Part shown: positions 11,501 through 23,236 of the stretch, in pieces
How the letters are laid out: the number at the start of each line of letters is the position of its first letter
How positions within the stretch are numbered: the first letter of the stretch is position 1
NCBI GenBank assembly: GCA_001643675.2
Contig: LSRY02000029.1
Coordinates: 558,001-622,000, forward strand
Direction: 5' to 3'
Length of the DNA stretch: 64,000 nucleotides
Source of the DNA: Monocercomonoides exilis PA203
Taxonomy: Eukaryota; Protista; Preaxostyla
Notes under the pieces: generated by a model
What the model was told of the DNA's origin: nothing
The model's database searches: none
Seen by the model: the letters and a program-made list of their open reading frames with translations, nothing else
Position numbers and translations under genes: made by a program

Positions 11501-12530
11501 CAGAAATAATACAAAGTCAAACCTCTTCTTCCACAAATTCAACTTGCCCAAGCAATTCTTTCTCAATAACAGACTCAACATCCTGAACATCTTGCGCACC
11601 ATATTTTGCAACACTTCTTTTCATTTGTATCTCTTCAAAAGTTGTCAATTCCCCCTTATCGAATCTTCTATCAACACCCAATTTCCTAAGATCTCTTTCG
11701 TTTGCAGCTCGAATTCTAGCTGCTTGAGTTGTTTGGCCCTTTTCATACATTTTTAACATTGATGTTTTATCTTTGAGTGATCTTAATGCTGCGTCAAAAA
11801 AGCCAGAGTTAATAAAAGAATAAACATGAACTGCAAACTGTCAGGCATTCGATACACTTCTTGCGACGAAAGTCTTTCTTCTTCTTCCATTTTACTAATC
11901 AATATAGAAAGTTCTCGTCTCTTTTTTTCATGTTCTTCCCTTTCTTGTTTGGTCAAATGAACTCCACTTCGAAAAAGAAGTCTTTCTTCATCTTCCAGCT
12001 CCTTCTTTCGTAAAAAAAGTTTTTTTTCTGAACGATCCTTCAAATAACTGGTAACGCGAAAATTTAAATGTAAAGAATTGCAATGAGATGTATAATTCTA
12101 ACCTTCTCCTGGAAATTGCACGAATTCTTTCAATTCGTTGTTCTTCAGTTTCAAATACTTCGTCTTTTGTCTGAAAAGTCAAAATGCATCGTAAAAAATG
12201 GCAAAGTTGTGCGTGAAGCATTATACCACACAATTTCATCTGCTGCACGTATTGATTCTCCGTATTTGCTCAATTTTTTTGGATTATGTTGAGCTGAATT
12301 TCCCTTGTCTTCTTTCATTCGTAAAATTGCTTCTTTCGAAGGTAAAACATCAAGCGGTGCTATTTCTTTTCCTTTATCTTCCTAGTTTTTCCAATATTCC
12401 ATTAATTAAAACTTAATCCACAATCTTCAAAAAAACAAAAAATAACCGTGAGGGTTAAACTGCTATCTGCCTCCGATGCTAAAGTTAAATATGAATCTTT
12501 TCGTTTTGAATTATCGTTAAATTCAGTCAT
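8579..12530 (-). CDS. PRP2: Spliceosomal DEAH-box RNA helicase Prp2/DHX16-like (multi-exon)
   Basis: Motifs [42 protein letters not shown], plus HA2 and OB-fold C-terminus. N-terminal R..SR..YL and YRMP segments are typical of Prp2/DHX16. GT-AG introns read at 9620-9719, 11250-11522 and about 11789-11838, with more upstream. The start near 12530 is approximate. Confidence 0.85.
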
Positions 12531-12921
12531 GTTCCAATTTTAATTGTTTTCTATTTTTTAAATTAAAAAAGCATGAAATATAATACGATATATGGGGCAT
12601 TTCACAATAATTTTTTATTATTTCTATAAATAAAGAAGAATTGTATATTACAAAAATACAAGAATCAACAATTATTTCATTTTCTGAAATTTTCAAATTA
12701 ATAACTTATTTTTTTAGATGAATGAAAAGAATTAAATAAAAATAATAACGAAAAGAAACGATGAAAATGTATCTTGAACCAAAAAGATATTCACTATTCG
12801 ACTTTGAATTTCAAAATTTCAAGAAAAACTTGAAATAATGAATGAAATTTTGCGCACATGGCTAAGAAATGTTGGAAATCCCTTTGAACAAATTTTCAAC
12901 AACAGAAAATTTTCAACAAAT

Positions 12922-12922
<1 letters not shown>

Positions 12923-12968
<46 letters not shown>
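12923..12968 (+). repeat. A46 homopolymer
   Basis: Uninterrupted run of 46 A between PRP2 and EF-1beta. Confidence 0.95.
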
Positions 12969-12970
<2 letters not shown>

Positions 12971-13228
12971 TTTACAAATAAACTTGAACTTATCAATATC
13001 ATTTGTTAAGAGTTTTCGTTGTAAATAGTTCAAAAAAAGTACTTTTATTCTCCAAAGCAAACTTAGTATTTGAACGCAAATTTTCTAATTTTTAACTATT
13101 TTTGTGTAATGAATAATAAATATTAAAATAGAACGTCTAAAAAATATATTTATTTCTTTTTGAAAAATTATGTTTGTATGCAAGAAGAAAATGGTAAAAA
13201 TGATTTCGTATATTAAAAATATACATCT

Positions 13229-13990
13229 TTACATCTTGTTGATGCTAACAGTGTCAGCTGATTGAACCTCATCAAATTCTTCAATTTGTTCCTGGATTTC
13301 TTCAGTCGATGGAACTTTTTCATCTTCAATGACAAATCCAATTTGCAGTTTCTTTGCTCCAAATGCAATCTCAACCAATTTGTCTAAAAAATAAATGAGC
13401 ATCATTCGCGAAATTAGGAATAAAACAAATTTACAAAATATTTATTTTCAAAAATAATAATTAAAACACAAACGCTCTCCCCATGTGAGTCCATCTTTTT
13501 GGATTGCTCTCACCTTTGCAGCAAGTTCTTGCAGATCAGTTTCATCATCATATGGTTTAACTTCCATGATGCACATTGACTTTGCAATGTCAACTTTTCC
13601 CTTTGCTTTGTTCTTTGCATCAATTCTTGCTTGAGCCTCCTTTGCTCTTCTGTCAAAATCTGCCTCACGTCTAGCTTCTTCCTCAGAATCTTCATCACCG
13701 AAAAGATCGAAATCATCTTCATCCTTTTTGGCTTCTTTCTTTTTGTCATCATCGAACAATTCAAAGTCATCATCTTTCTTTTCTTTTTCATCCTTTGATT
13801 TCCAGGATGCACGTTGGCATGGGCAGAAGCTTGCAATATGGTTATACCAACGGCGAACATGGGCATGATGCTTCAGATCAGCAAGATTAATTTTTTCGAA
13901 TGTTTCTGCATCTTTCTTTGATGGGTAGCATCCCTCAAGATAGCTAGATGCAGAGAGTGTAACGTTAAGTGTTGCAAGATCGATTGACAT
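13229..13990 (-). CDS. EF1B: Translation elongation factor 1-beta (eEF1B GEF subunit), 2 exons
   Basis: N-terminal SYLEG..PS..D and HVRRWYNHI, acidic DDFDLFG linker, GEF domain AKSMCIMEVKPYDDETDL...DGLTWG. Intron 13384-13473 (GT..AG) joins to HKLVEIAFGAKKLQI...VQSADTVSINKM, ending at TAA 13229-13231. Confidence 0.95.
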
Positions 13991-14127
13991 GGATTTGAAA
14001 CTTTTATTTAACACAAAATATCAAACAAAATATAAAAGATCAAAAAAGATCTCAATAAATATGTAAATTATGGTTATCATTCACCTTCAAGTCCTAATTG
14101 AAATCACATTGATAATTAAAATATTTT

Positions 14128-15888
14128 TTATCCAATATTTTCCGCAAAAATAACGAATAAATCCGATTGACTTGAAAACGAACAACCAGATGTAAAATAT
14201 GTTGGAAGAGTGACAGCTAAAGAAGATCCAGAACTTTGTAAAAGATGGCTTGGAGGAAATACTGAGTGGCGATCTGGGTGAATGTGAAAACGAATAAGGC
14301 GTCTCAAAAATAATGGAACAGAACGACACATATCCCCAGAAATGACAGAACTAGAAGGATGCATTAGATACGAACAAAGGATGGAAGTTATGTCAATGAA
14401 GAAAAAAGGAGACTGTTCAGAGGGTGAGATGGGCATTTGAGAGGATGAATCGAAAGGAATTTGCGAAGTCATCATTTTCTGTTGACTTTGTGAATGTTCT
14501 GAAGAAGAGAATTTTGCATATCGTCTGTGAGAAGGTGAACAGGTCAGTGCAATTGCTCTTCCATCATCTTTGCAAAAAGCAAAATATTTCAACAACATTG
14601 TTCGAATTGAAAGCATTAAAAATAAAAAAAATAAAAAAAAAAATTCGTTGAAAAAATAAGCAATATATGCAACACACAAAGCACAAAATACACAGGATTT
14701 GGAAGATATTGAAGAGGAAGAATTGAAAAGAAAGGAATTTGAAGAGGGTGTTGGCTGAGCTGGCGAGATGGAACGAATGAGGATGCTGATGAAGTGGTAG
14801 CTGGAAGGAGTTTTGCCGCTGATTGCTGATAAAGAATGGTGTGGTGAGCAACAAGCGACGGCGGGAGAGGAGGCGAAGTGGAGAGAAACGAGTTGATGAG
14901 TTCAGGCGCAAAGGGAAGAGTTACCACAAACAGAGGGTGGCTGATCCAATCAAAGAAAGAGGTCACAATGACAGGCGAATACATCCGAAGCAGTCTGTCT
15001 TCTGTGATGATGAATGAGGGAGACGCTTCGGTGAAATGAAGATGCACATCCACAACACGCTTCCCACCAAAGAACATCACAGGGCAGAGCGGGCTGATGG
15101 TTTCTGTGTCTGAAGAGGAATTGTTTCAGAACAAGGAAGATTTGGCACATACACACATACACACATACGCACGCACACATATACACATTCATACACAATC
15201 AACACATAAACATATATGTACAGATAATAATCATAAAACACAAATAATGATGATTATTATTAATATCAAAAACAAAAAAATTGCAAGAATTCAATCAAAA
15301 CAAATTTGTATCAAACCTCCGTTGATATGCACAAACAAAACACCCTGACTAGTCAGAAACGCATCGCTCTCAGGAAACCACTTCTGTATCCTGTGTGTGC
15401 CGAAGAGGCCAAATCTCTCTGCATTCTCCTGCGACGGCTTCTCCTTCCTCAGCGTGCCTATCAGCGCGTCGTCCACAAAAGGCTGCAGAATCGAAGGGTC
15501 GCTCAGCTCAATCAAAACACGCTCGCCTGCTTTCTCCTCCTTCATGTCGCTGTGCTGCTGCAGCAGCCGCCGAGAATAGCGCGACGGAAACCCAAAAAAG
15601 AACACTGCGCCGTTGTCTGCGATTGAGAGCAGTCATTCACATTCAGTCAAATGCGAAGTATTTTTGAGAAACTTGCAAGAAAAGGTATAATATACAAACC
15701 AAGCGTTATGATTAACGTGCCACGATAAGACTCAAACGAGTAAATATGGCCTTCTTTCCCCTTTGAGCTTCTGATGAAAGGCGTTGTATCAGAAAAGTAT
15801 TTAATCTTCACACAAAAATTAAAATCAAGTTTTCAAAAACACAAATACATTTTAAAAAATGAAATAAAACCCGTTTCCATCTTGTCAT
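14128..15888 (-). CDS. Multi-exon protein resembling the Vps11 N-terminal beta-propeller (no C-terminal alpha-solenoid or RING visible)
   Basis: Spliced reading: MTRWKR|IKYF...HIYSFESYRGTLIITL|DNGAVFFF...FIITEDRLLRMY...DDGRAIAL. From memory this resembles Vps11 W-R/K-x-F-x-FF and SGRG-x-hhhG-xx-G-x-h. Exons were joined by eye using GT-AG sites. Confidence 0.45.
15147..15222 (+). repeat. Imperfect (CA/TA) microsatellite in an intron
   Basis: catacacacatacacacatacgcacgcacacatatacacattcatacac... lies inside an AT-rich intron. Confidence 0.8.
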
Positions 15889-15972
15889 TTCATACAGCTG
15901 TTCGGCTGATTTTCCAGCTAAACTCTGATCAAATTCTATTTTAAATAACGCAATAAAAATAAAAATAAAACA

Positions 15973-16799
15973 TCAAAACTTAATATTCAAGTTAGTCGTA
16001 CCGGGAAGAATTTTTGAAAAATATAGCAATTGATCATCGAAAGTCCTGGCAACAAGAAGATCATCATCTCCTTTCAGTTCTTTGACTTTGTACTGATAGA
16101 AATCAAAAAGATTTCCACTTTTAATCCAACGTTCTTTCCAACTTTCATTGCCCTCCCCAAACAAAAATCCATCGCCAGAAACCATCTTTATTATATCACA
16201 ATTATCATTTCTTGTTAAGCCGATAATGCACTCTTTCGTTAGAAAGTCAAAACCTCGCGGATAAAGAGCTATAATATGAAAACAAATTTTTAAAGCAATA
16301 AATGCAATCAATGGTAATACCTGTAAATAGTGATGCAGAAGTAAATAAAGTTTTTGAAGAAATTAATGGATGATATTTTTGAGTATCTTGTCTGCTGATA
16401 GTTTGCATTCCCCAATGATGCTCGAGACCCAAAAAATCTTGATCGAGTAACGTTCTCAAATCTTCAATTTTTAAGAACGTCATTTGAGAAAACTCCGAAG
16501 AATGCATTGCTTATGAAAAACAAACTCCGATAAAAAGCAAAGTCATCAATCAAAAGAAGGACAAACAATTCCGCAAGCAGCAAAGCAAATCCTTATGATA
16601 CATTAATCTTGCAGTTGATTTTGCGATCAGAAAAAACTTTATTCAAAATACAAACGTAATTATGAAAAAAATAAAATAACTGTAAAAGAACTTCATGCAC
16701 ACATTTCTAACGTCTTTCATCGAAGTTAAGTGCTTTAATACGCAAAGAAGCACATAATCCGGCAAGCTTTTGAATGACAAATCTTGTTCCATCCCTCAT
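15973..16799 (-). CDS. Hypothetical multi-exon protein
   Basis: Coding-like ORF pieces (MRDGTRFVIQKLAGL..., MHSSEFSQMTFLK..., YPRGFDFLTKECIIG...) are separated by short AT-rich GT-AG-like gaps. No recognisable domain. Confidence 0.45.
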
Positions 16800-16854
16800 A
16801 TTTCATTTTCCTAACCCTTTATATTTTTATTCATTGTTTTCTAAAAAGTTATTC

Positions 16855-17228
16855 TACCAAAAAATAATCAAAACGAAACTTTTTGCGAACGAAATATTAA
16901 ATTTTTCATTTTAATAAATAATTTTTTGAAATCGAAATGAAATTATCTCTGGTTTTCATTGGATTTTTTTTTGAAAATACAAAAATTTTCAGGAAAAAAT
17001 ATTAAATTTAAAAAAACTGTTTACACATGCACACAAGATAACAATGACCACACAGAATTATTGCAGATTCAAAATTGATTAAATAATTTTCACAATAGTT
17101 CGTGAGAGAGTGGAAAAATATTTGTTAGGTTATACAAAATTATTTATTCGTCTGCAAAATAATTATTTTGAATGCAATTTTTATTTTTTAAAATGTAAAA
17201 ATTCTCGTTTTGAATAATTTTTGGTGTA
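16855..17228. mobile_element. MITE, family 1, copy a (degenerate left TIR)
   Basis: Right end ...CTCGTTTTGAATAATTTTTGGTG|TA and left end TACCAAAAAATAATCAAAACG. About 290 bp is the close reverse complement of 25611-25905. Confidence 0.75.
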
Positions 17229-17249
17229 ACAAATGCAATATCCGAAAAG

Positions 17250-18699
17250 TCAAAAAGAGAAAAAAATTATTTTGATTTTAACATTTACAAAATAATCAGA
17301 AATATTCAACGATAATGAATAGTCACGAAATTTTTGAAGGAGATAATCAAATATTTCATGAAAGCTTGCTGTGATATCTTCATATCCTTCTTCTTCCATC
17401 TTTTCAAACGCTTTTCTTTTCAACGCTTTTCTTTCCTCTTCTTCCTTTTCATCATCCTTCTCTTCTTTCAATTTCTGTGAAACATTTATTAAAAATATTA
17501 AGCAATCATGTGTAATATCGTTGTTCAACGTTGGCTGTTGTATCTCCTCCAAAAAAAGATCGATGACACCTTCCTTTATAAAAGAATCAATTTCCATTGC
17601 TTTGCTTTTCGCTGCTTTACTTAATGCATAAATGCATTGATGGCTAATTTCGATGTAATTATCCTTTGCTGCTCTAAATAAATTCACAATGCTTCCAATT
17701 ATCACAGAAGTCTCTTCGGTTCGCAATTCACATGAACAAAAGAAAAAGTTCAATGTTTAAAGCCATCTCATCAAAAGAAACATTTCATCCGTTTTTTGTC
17801 TCTTTTCATTGTCTTTCTTTATCTTCCAATTCGCACATTCCATCAGCTCATTCACTTCTCTTTTTTCATCTCTCACAAAATGTGGTTCTTTCGTAATCGC
17901 TTCTTCCAAACTTTAATCATCGTAAAATCTGTCTATCAAAAATGCCCAAGCTGATTGATAGGCAAGTCGTGTCAGATTGTGATGTTCCTGATGATATTTC
18001 AAAATCTCTTTGATTTTCTTCAAATACAGTTTTTGCTCGATAAACTCATAAAAAATATTAAAAAAAGTTTATGGCAAAAAGGAAATAATAATGTTCATAC
18101 ATGAAATTTTATGTTGCTTAAAGTTATCAGAGTCATTTCCACTTCCTTTTGAGACTCTTCGTTTTTTCTTTTCTTCAATGCAGCTTTCAGAAGGCAAGGG
18201 ACGCATTTTGAAAGCAATGCACATGAAAAATCACAACTTAGAGAAATACAGCATTCGCAAAGATCAACAAGAAGCTTTTTTTCTTTCCTTTTTTTTTCTT
18301 TTCTTCATCAACAATCATTTTCTCAAATCTTCTGAACAGTGAGGAATCATAAAACCAATAAACACTTATATCATTCAGCACATTGAAATATCCAATATGC
18401 TTCAACAACAAAATTGCATTTTCTATCGAAAGTTTCTTATCTTCAATCATTTTGTCGATTTTATTGAACAATAAAACTGTTAAAATTGATTCAAATTCTT
18501 CATTATTCTTTGCATTAATAAGTTCAATTATTTCTTCGATTTTCTTTCTCTGTTCATCTTCATTGCAATCTTCTAGCTTTGAAAATAATTCTACAAAAAA
18601 AGAAAGAAAGAAATCCAATCATCAAGAATTAAAATGAAACTGCAATTGAAGACCTGTGAAAACTTTTGTGATCATAGTTTCCTTCATTTTCGAAAACAT
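17250..18699 (-). pseudogene. Disrupted copy of a lineage-specific helical protein family (paralog of 23237-24552)
   Basis: Shares LTRLAYQSAW, FRAAK.NY.EI, EKMEEEGYED and LSLNI..YF with the + strand copy. It carries a frameshift at the A-run near 18290 and in-frame TAA codons near 17913 and 17757. Confidence 0.75.
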
Positions 18700-18892
18700 A
18701 TCGCAGTAAGAAAACAAAAACATTATTTCCATTCAAATTGAAAATTCGCACATAAGGATTGAAGAAATTGATGAAAAAGTTAAAATTGAAAAGAGTCATA
18801 CAAAATAACGACTTTCATACCACAGTTTTTTGCATATTTTTCTCCATTACTGCTGACAAAAAAATATATAACACTTAATTTCTTAAGTTTGT

Positions 18893-19728
18893 TACACCAA
18901 AAATTATTCAAAGTCGAAAAACTTTCAACCAAAGTCGAAAAACTTTCAAACGAAATCGAAAATTATTATTCAAAGTTGGAAAACTTTCATTCAAAGTCGA
19001 AAGTTTTCATTCTAAGTCGAAAAAGTTGCAAACGAAATCGAAAAACTTTCAAACAAAGTCGAAAGTTCGAAAAACTTCATATTTTCAAAAAGATGACAAA
19101 AATTAATTTTTGTCAAAAAACATAGTTGTTGTTGAAAAATCAATCACATTTGTAATGATAATGATTTTTCATCTTTTTTTCCGGTGTTTTTCTTTGCTTT
19201 CTTTTGACCAAATTCAAATTTCAAATTATGAGAGAAATTCTGACATATTTTTATCTCATTTCAGTTGAAAGCACTCTTCTTCACAGAAAATAAACTATAG
19301 AAAATTTTTATTTTTTTTTCTATTTTATGTAGAATGAAGAATGCATTATTGACTCTCTTGTTTAATGTTTTTTCATCACGAACAACTCATTACTTATTGA
19401 AGGAAACAAATGTTCTAAGATGTGTTTTGAGTTTATTCAAGAGTTTATTTGGTTCTAAATCTTCAAAATTTGCAGAAATCAACAACACAAACATTGCTGA
19501 TAATATTTCCAAAAACAAAAGAATATTTTTATCTTTTGTGGAACACTTTTTTTTACGTTTATTTTTTTTGTGAAATTTTTGATTTCGTTTGAAAGTTTTT
19601 CGATTTCGTTTGCAACTTTTTCGACTTTGAATGAAAGTTTTCCAACTTTGAATAATAATTTTCGATTTCGTTTGAAAGTTTTTAGACTTTGGTTGAAAGT
19701 TTTTCGACTTTGAATTATTTTTGGTGTA
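18893..19728. mobile_element. Non-autonomous TA-flanked DNA transposon with ~150-170 bp TIRs built of ~20-bp subrepeats (family 1 termini)
   Basis: TA|CACCAAAAATTATTCAAAGTCGAAAAACTTTCAACC... at 18893 has its reverse complement ending ...TTTTTGGTG|TA at 19728. The TIRs are tandem AAAGTCGAAAAACTTTCA-like units. No transposase ORF inside. Confidence 0.9.
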
Positions 19729-20029
19729 TTAAGGCAATAAAGATCGAATCAATAATACTGCTTGAATATCAATTGTTAAAATATGAGAACTGTGAGTGAA
19801 CATTTTCTGGTGAATTATAATAATTATTTTCTATGATGGCAGCTGGTAATGAAAGAAATTATTTGAATTTAGAATTTTGTGAGATGAATTTTGGTAATTT
19901 GATGAACAAGGGGAATACAACAATTTCATTAATAACACAAAAAGATGCACTGTACGCAATTTTTATTGTTCTATTGATTGTGAAGATATTTCTATCTGTA
20001 TCCCCTCCAAAGTGCAGGAATGTTAATCA

Positions 20030-22900
20030 TTGTTGAAATGGCCAATCTCCTCTTAATAGAGCAAATTCGATGAGAATGGGGATGTTACGAAATTCAATTT
20101 TGGAGAAGAGATTTTCATGGACATGGGCTATAACTCAGCCCAATTTCCATTTGAATATATGATTAAAAAACATTTAACTAATATTTAATTGATTGAAGAT
20201 AAAAGAGAAAGAAATTCTGTGAAAAATAAAATCAACACAAAATCAAGAAGTATCTTTGAACTTTATGAAAATAATCGAAAAGTTGTTGGATTAAGAATGT
20301 TATTGACTTTATTGAGGAGGTTCATTTACTATCAATGAAAAATCAAGGAAATAATGTTTAATAAGACTATCAACATATTATTCACAATGTTGACTTGCAC
20401 GTTTCTCTGACCGCACCAGGCGGATTTGGAAAGTAGTGATGCTCTATTTTTGATTCTCCTTTTTGCACAAAAGATAGAAGAAGCGCAACCACAACACGAA
20501 CAATTATCAGACGGAAATTGCTTATCAAACAGAGTTTGGGCCCATTGCCTCGGAACTTCTTTGCTCAAAGCATCTATCATTTGAATGAGAAAAGCAATTA
20601 ACATTTTTTTTTTAAATCTTCGTCCTCATCATTCATCAAAGTCATTGTTGAACTCCCATCTTTATGCAAATGAATGATTTATTGGATTTTGTGAATTGAT
20701 CATCAAAGATTGTATTTAATCCGCCTCATAATCAGCAGCATGTGAATTCCTGAATGAATGTCAACTTTTTTTTTTCTTCTCTCTTTCTCAATTTTGTAAA
20801 AGGACAGTCAATTCATTCTATTCATATTCGCATTTCTTTTCTCTTTTCTCTTCTTCTTCTTCTTTCATAACCTCGTTGACTGTTGATTCTTATCATTCAC
20901 ACAATGATGAAGAGCCGTGATTGTTCTTGGATTTCCTCACGTTTTGCATCTTAATCAGGTGATACGAAAAAAACAAAGAAGAGTGCAAGATGAATGGAAT
21001 CATTGAAAAAGAAGAAGAAGAAGAAGAAGAAGAGAATGAAGTTCCGTGTGATTGTTGGCGACGATGGGAATAGAAGTGAAATGAGTGGTGATTTGGTGGC
21101 TGGGTTTGAGGTTTAATTGATGATGAAGAAGAAATAGAAAAAATAGAAGAAGGTGTATAACAATATAATAATAAGATGATGATGAAATATTTGAAGGCTT
21201 TTCATTCAAAATCAATTTCTCTTCACTTTTTCTCTTTCTTCTCTTTCCCCTTCTTTTTTTTCTTTCACAATCCATTCCCTTCTCCATCTCTTTTTTCCTA
21301 TATATTTCTTCCCTATTCGCTCGAATCATCTGGTGCAAGATATAACTTTCTTCTCATTTTTCCTCTTTCCCCTTGTCTCATTCGCTTCTTCTTCTTCTTC
21401 TTCTGCAATAGCTTCAGTTGTTTGTCTAATTTTATGCTTTTATTCCTCCGGAAAATATTTTTCTTTCTCTCTCTTTCTCCAAAAAAATCTGGCAAAGTTC
21501 TTTCTCTTTAATTTCTTTCCTCATAATGAAGAACATCTTTTCTTCTTTCATTTCATTCATGAGAAAATACCCTATTCTTCTTTCAAAAATAGCTTATTTC
21601 CTCTTTCCCTCTTCTCTTTTCTTCTTCGCCTTCTTCAAATCCACTTTTCTTGTTAACAACCACTTTCCCCAGTTTTCTTGTTCAGCGCTGCATCTTCTCT
21701 TATTTTCTCTTCTCTTTTTGGAAGCATTCAAACTTTAATTTCTGTTTAAAATTTCATAGTTCCTTTCACATTTCATCCAATTGTTTATTCCACCAGAATT
21801 GTCAGTCTTGTTATAAAATCATCAGAATGGTTGTTTCCATCAAACAATTTTATGGAAATGACGATGAAGAAAGATAAGTAACAGAAATTTTCTTGCTTTT
21901 CTGAATTTGAATGCTTTAAAAGCTTATTTTCATAGACAAATCAGTCGCTTTTGTCAAACACTCTCAACAAATGAGCCAAACAAATTGCTTTTTCTCTCTT
22001 TCAAGCTCATGTCAAACATTGTCAGGCTATGCAGCATGCAAAACAGATGGCAGAAGTCACGAATGTTATCGTTGAATACGATGTTAACAAGAATAATCTC
22101 AAAACTTCTGGTTCTTTTGCAAAAGATTCCAGAGCTTCCCTCTCTTTGCGGTATTCCTGTTCGTGATCAATCTGCATCCATTGAAAGAACACCTTTAAAG
22201 AAAAATGAATGAAATAAAAAAACCCAAACCATCTTTTTGGTCTTGAAATATTTTCCCATCTCCAAGGGATTGGTAATTGTCTGTCAAACTGGTTTTCTTG
22301 CTCTTAGAATCCATTGTGAAGTTGGCTGTAATATCTGATGAAAACACATATCCTCCAAATTATCTCCTTTTCAAAAACTTATTCAATGTTAAGTCTTTGT
22401 TGATAGCTTTCCATCACGTTTCGTGTAAAATGCAAATGCGATTGTTGTTGAGGCCTGCTGAGTGTTTTGCTCTGCTCGCTTCCTCCATTGTTCAATCCCC
22501 AATTCCCTTTCCTTTTCCATAAAATAAATCCTGCGCAAAAGATACGTCAAGTAAACAACGTTTCCCTCGAAATGAACAAGCGATGCAATTCAATCTTTCT
22601 GATATTCTGCTCGCTTTTTGTGCATCTTGCTTGAGTTATTTTTCATTCAAAATATTGCATCCGATATTGCACCATATGTTTTGCAATACACAGCAAAGTT
22701 CAAATTTCATGCTGGCTTTCTCCACCAATTCACTTTTCGCAAGCAATCGATGCAAAACGGTCACTCGTTCCTCCATCTGTTAGCAAAATCCATTCCCATC
22801 TGCATTGCTATAACTTGCATGGGTGTATCTGAAATCGTGCATCTAAGCAGCTCAAACATGCTCTGGCGTCGAAAATCACCAATCAAAAATCTTTGCTTAT
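20030..22900 (-). mobile_element. Possible heavily decayed DIRS-like (tyrosine-recombinase) retrotransposon remnant
   Basis: Motif traces in different frames, in the order expected for DIRS: WILRA..LTDN (RNase H WIPxxxNxxAD-like, about 22313-22270), QFWW (about 21800), NHIFK (about 20160), LRGDW (about 20050). Many stops and frameshifts. Confidence 0.2.
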
Positions 22901-23236
22901 AAAATTATAGGTTGGCTACCATTATTTATTTACTCAAAAAGAAGATTTTTTAATTCAACGATTTGCTTGCTTTGATGCAAATGATATCGATGACAAAAGA
23001 AGATGTATAAATTTACATGATAATGTGAATTTTTTATTTAGTATTTTTAATTCTATTGATGCAAATATTCAATGAATATAACAAAAATGAATTTATCAAT
23101 TTTTTTGAAATTATTCCGCAATTTTGCAGCCACCTTCTTGGCGACGAGCATTTATTGGTATGTCTGTGTTTTGAGCAAATGATAATTTTGGAGATTAATT
23201 TTTTTATATTCAAATTTTTAAGAAAAACTGCTGCAA

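Noticed and set aside
17755-17916. In-frame TAA/TAG (also 59597) as evidence for a TAR=Gln genetic code, as known in some metamonads
   Set aside because: EF1B ends at TAA exactly at its conserved C-terminus, the 8-12 kb ORFs contain no in-frame TAR, and the affected genes also have frameshifts.
18900-19080. CRISPR-like array
   Set aside because: The units are contiguous without unique spacers, they are mirrored at 19570-19728 as a TIR, and the context is eukaryotic.
21000-21760. Several F/L/S- or K/R/E-rich ORFs
   Set aside because: Polypyrimidine/polypurine low-complexity sequence with no domain signal.
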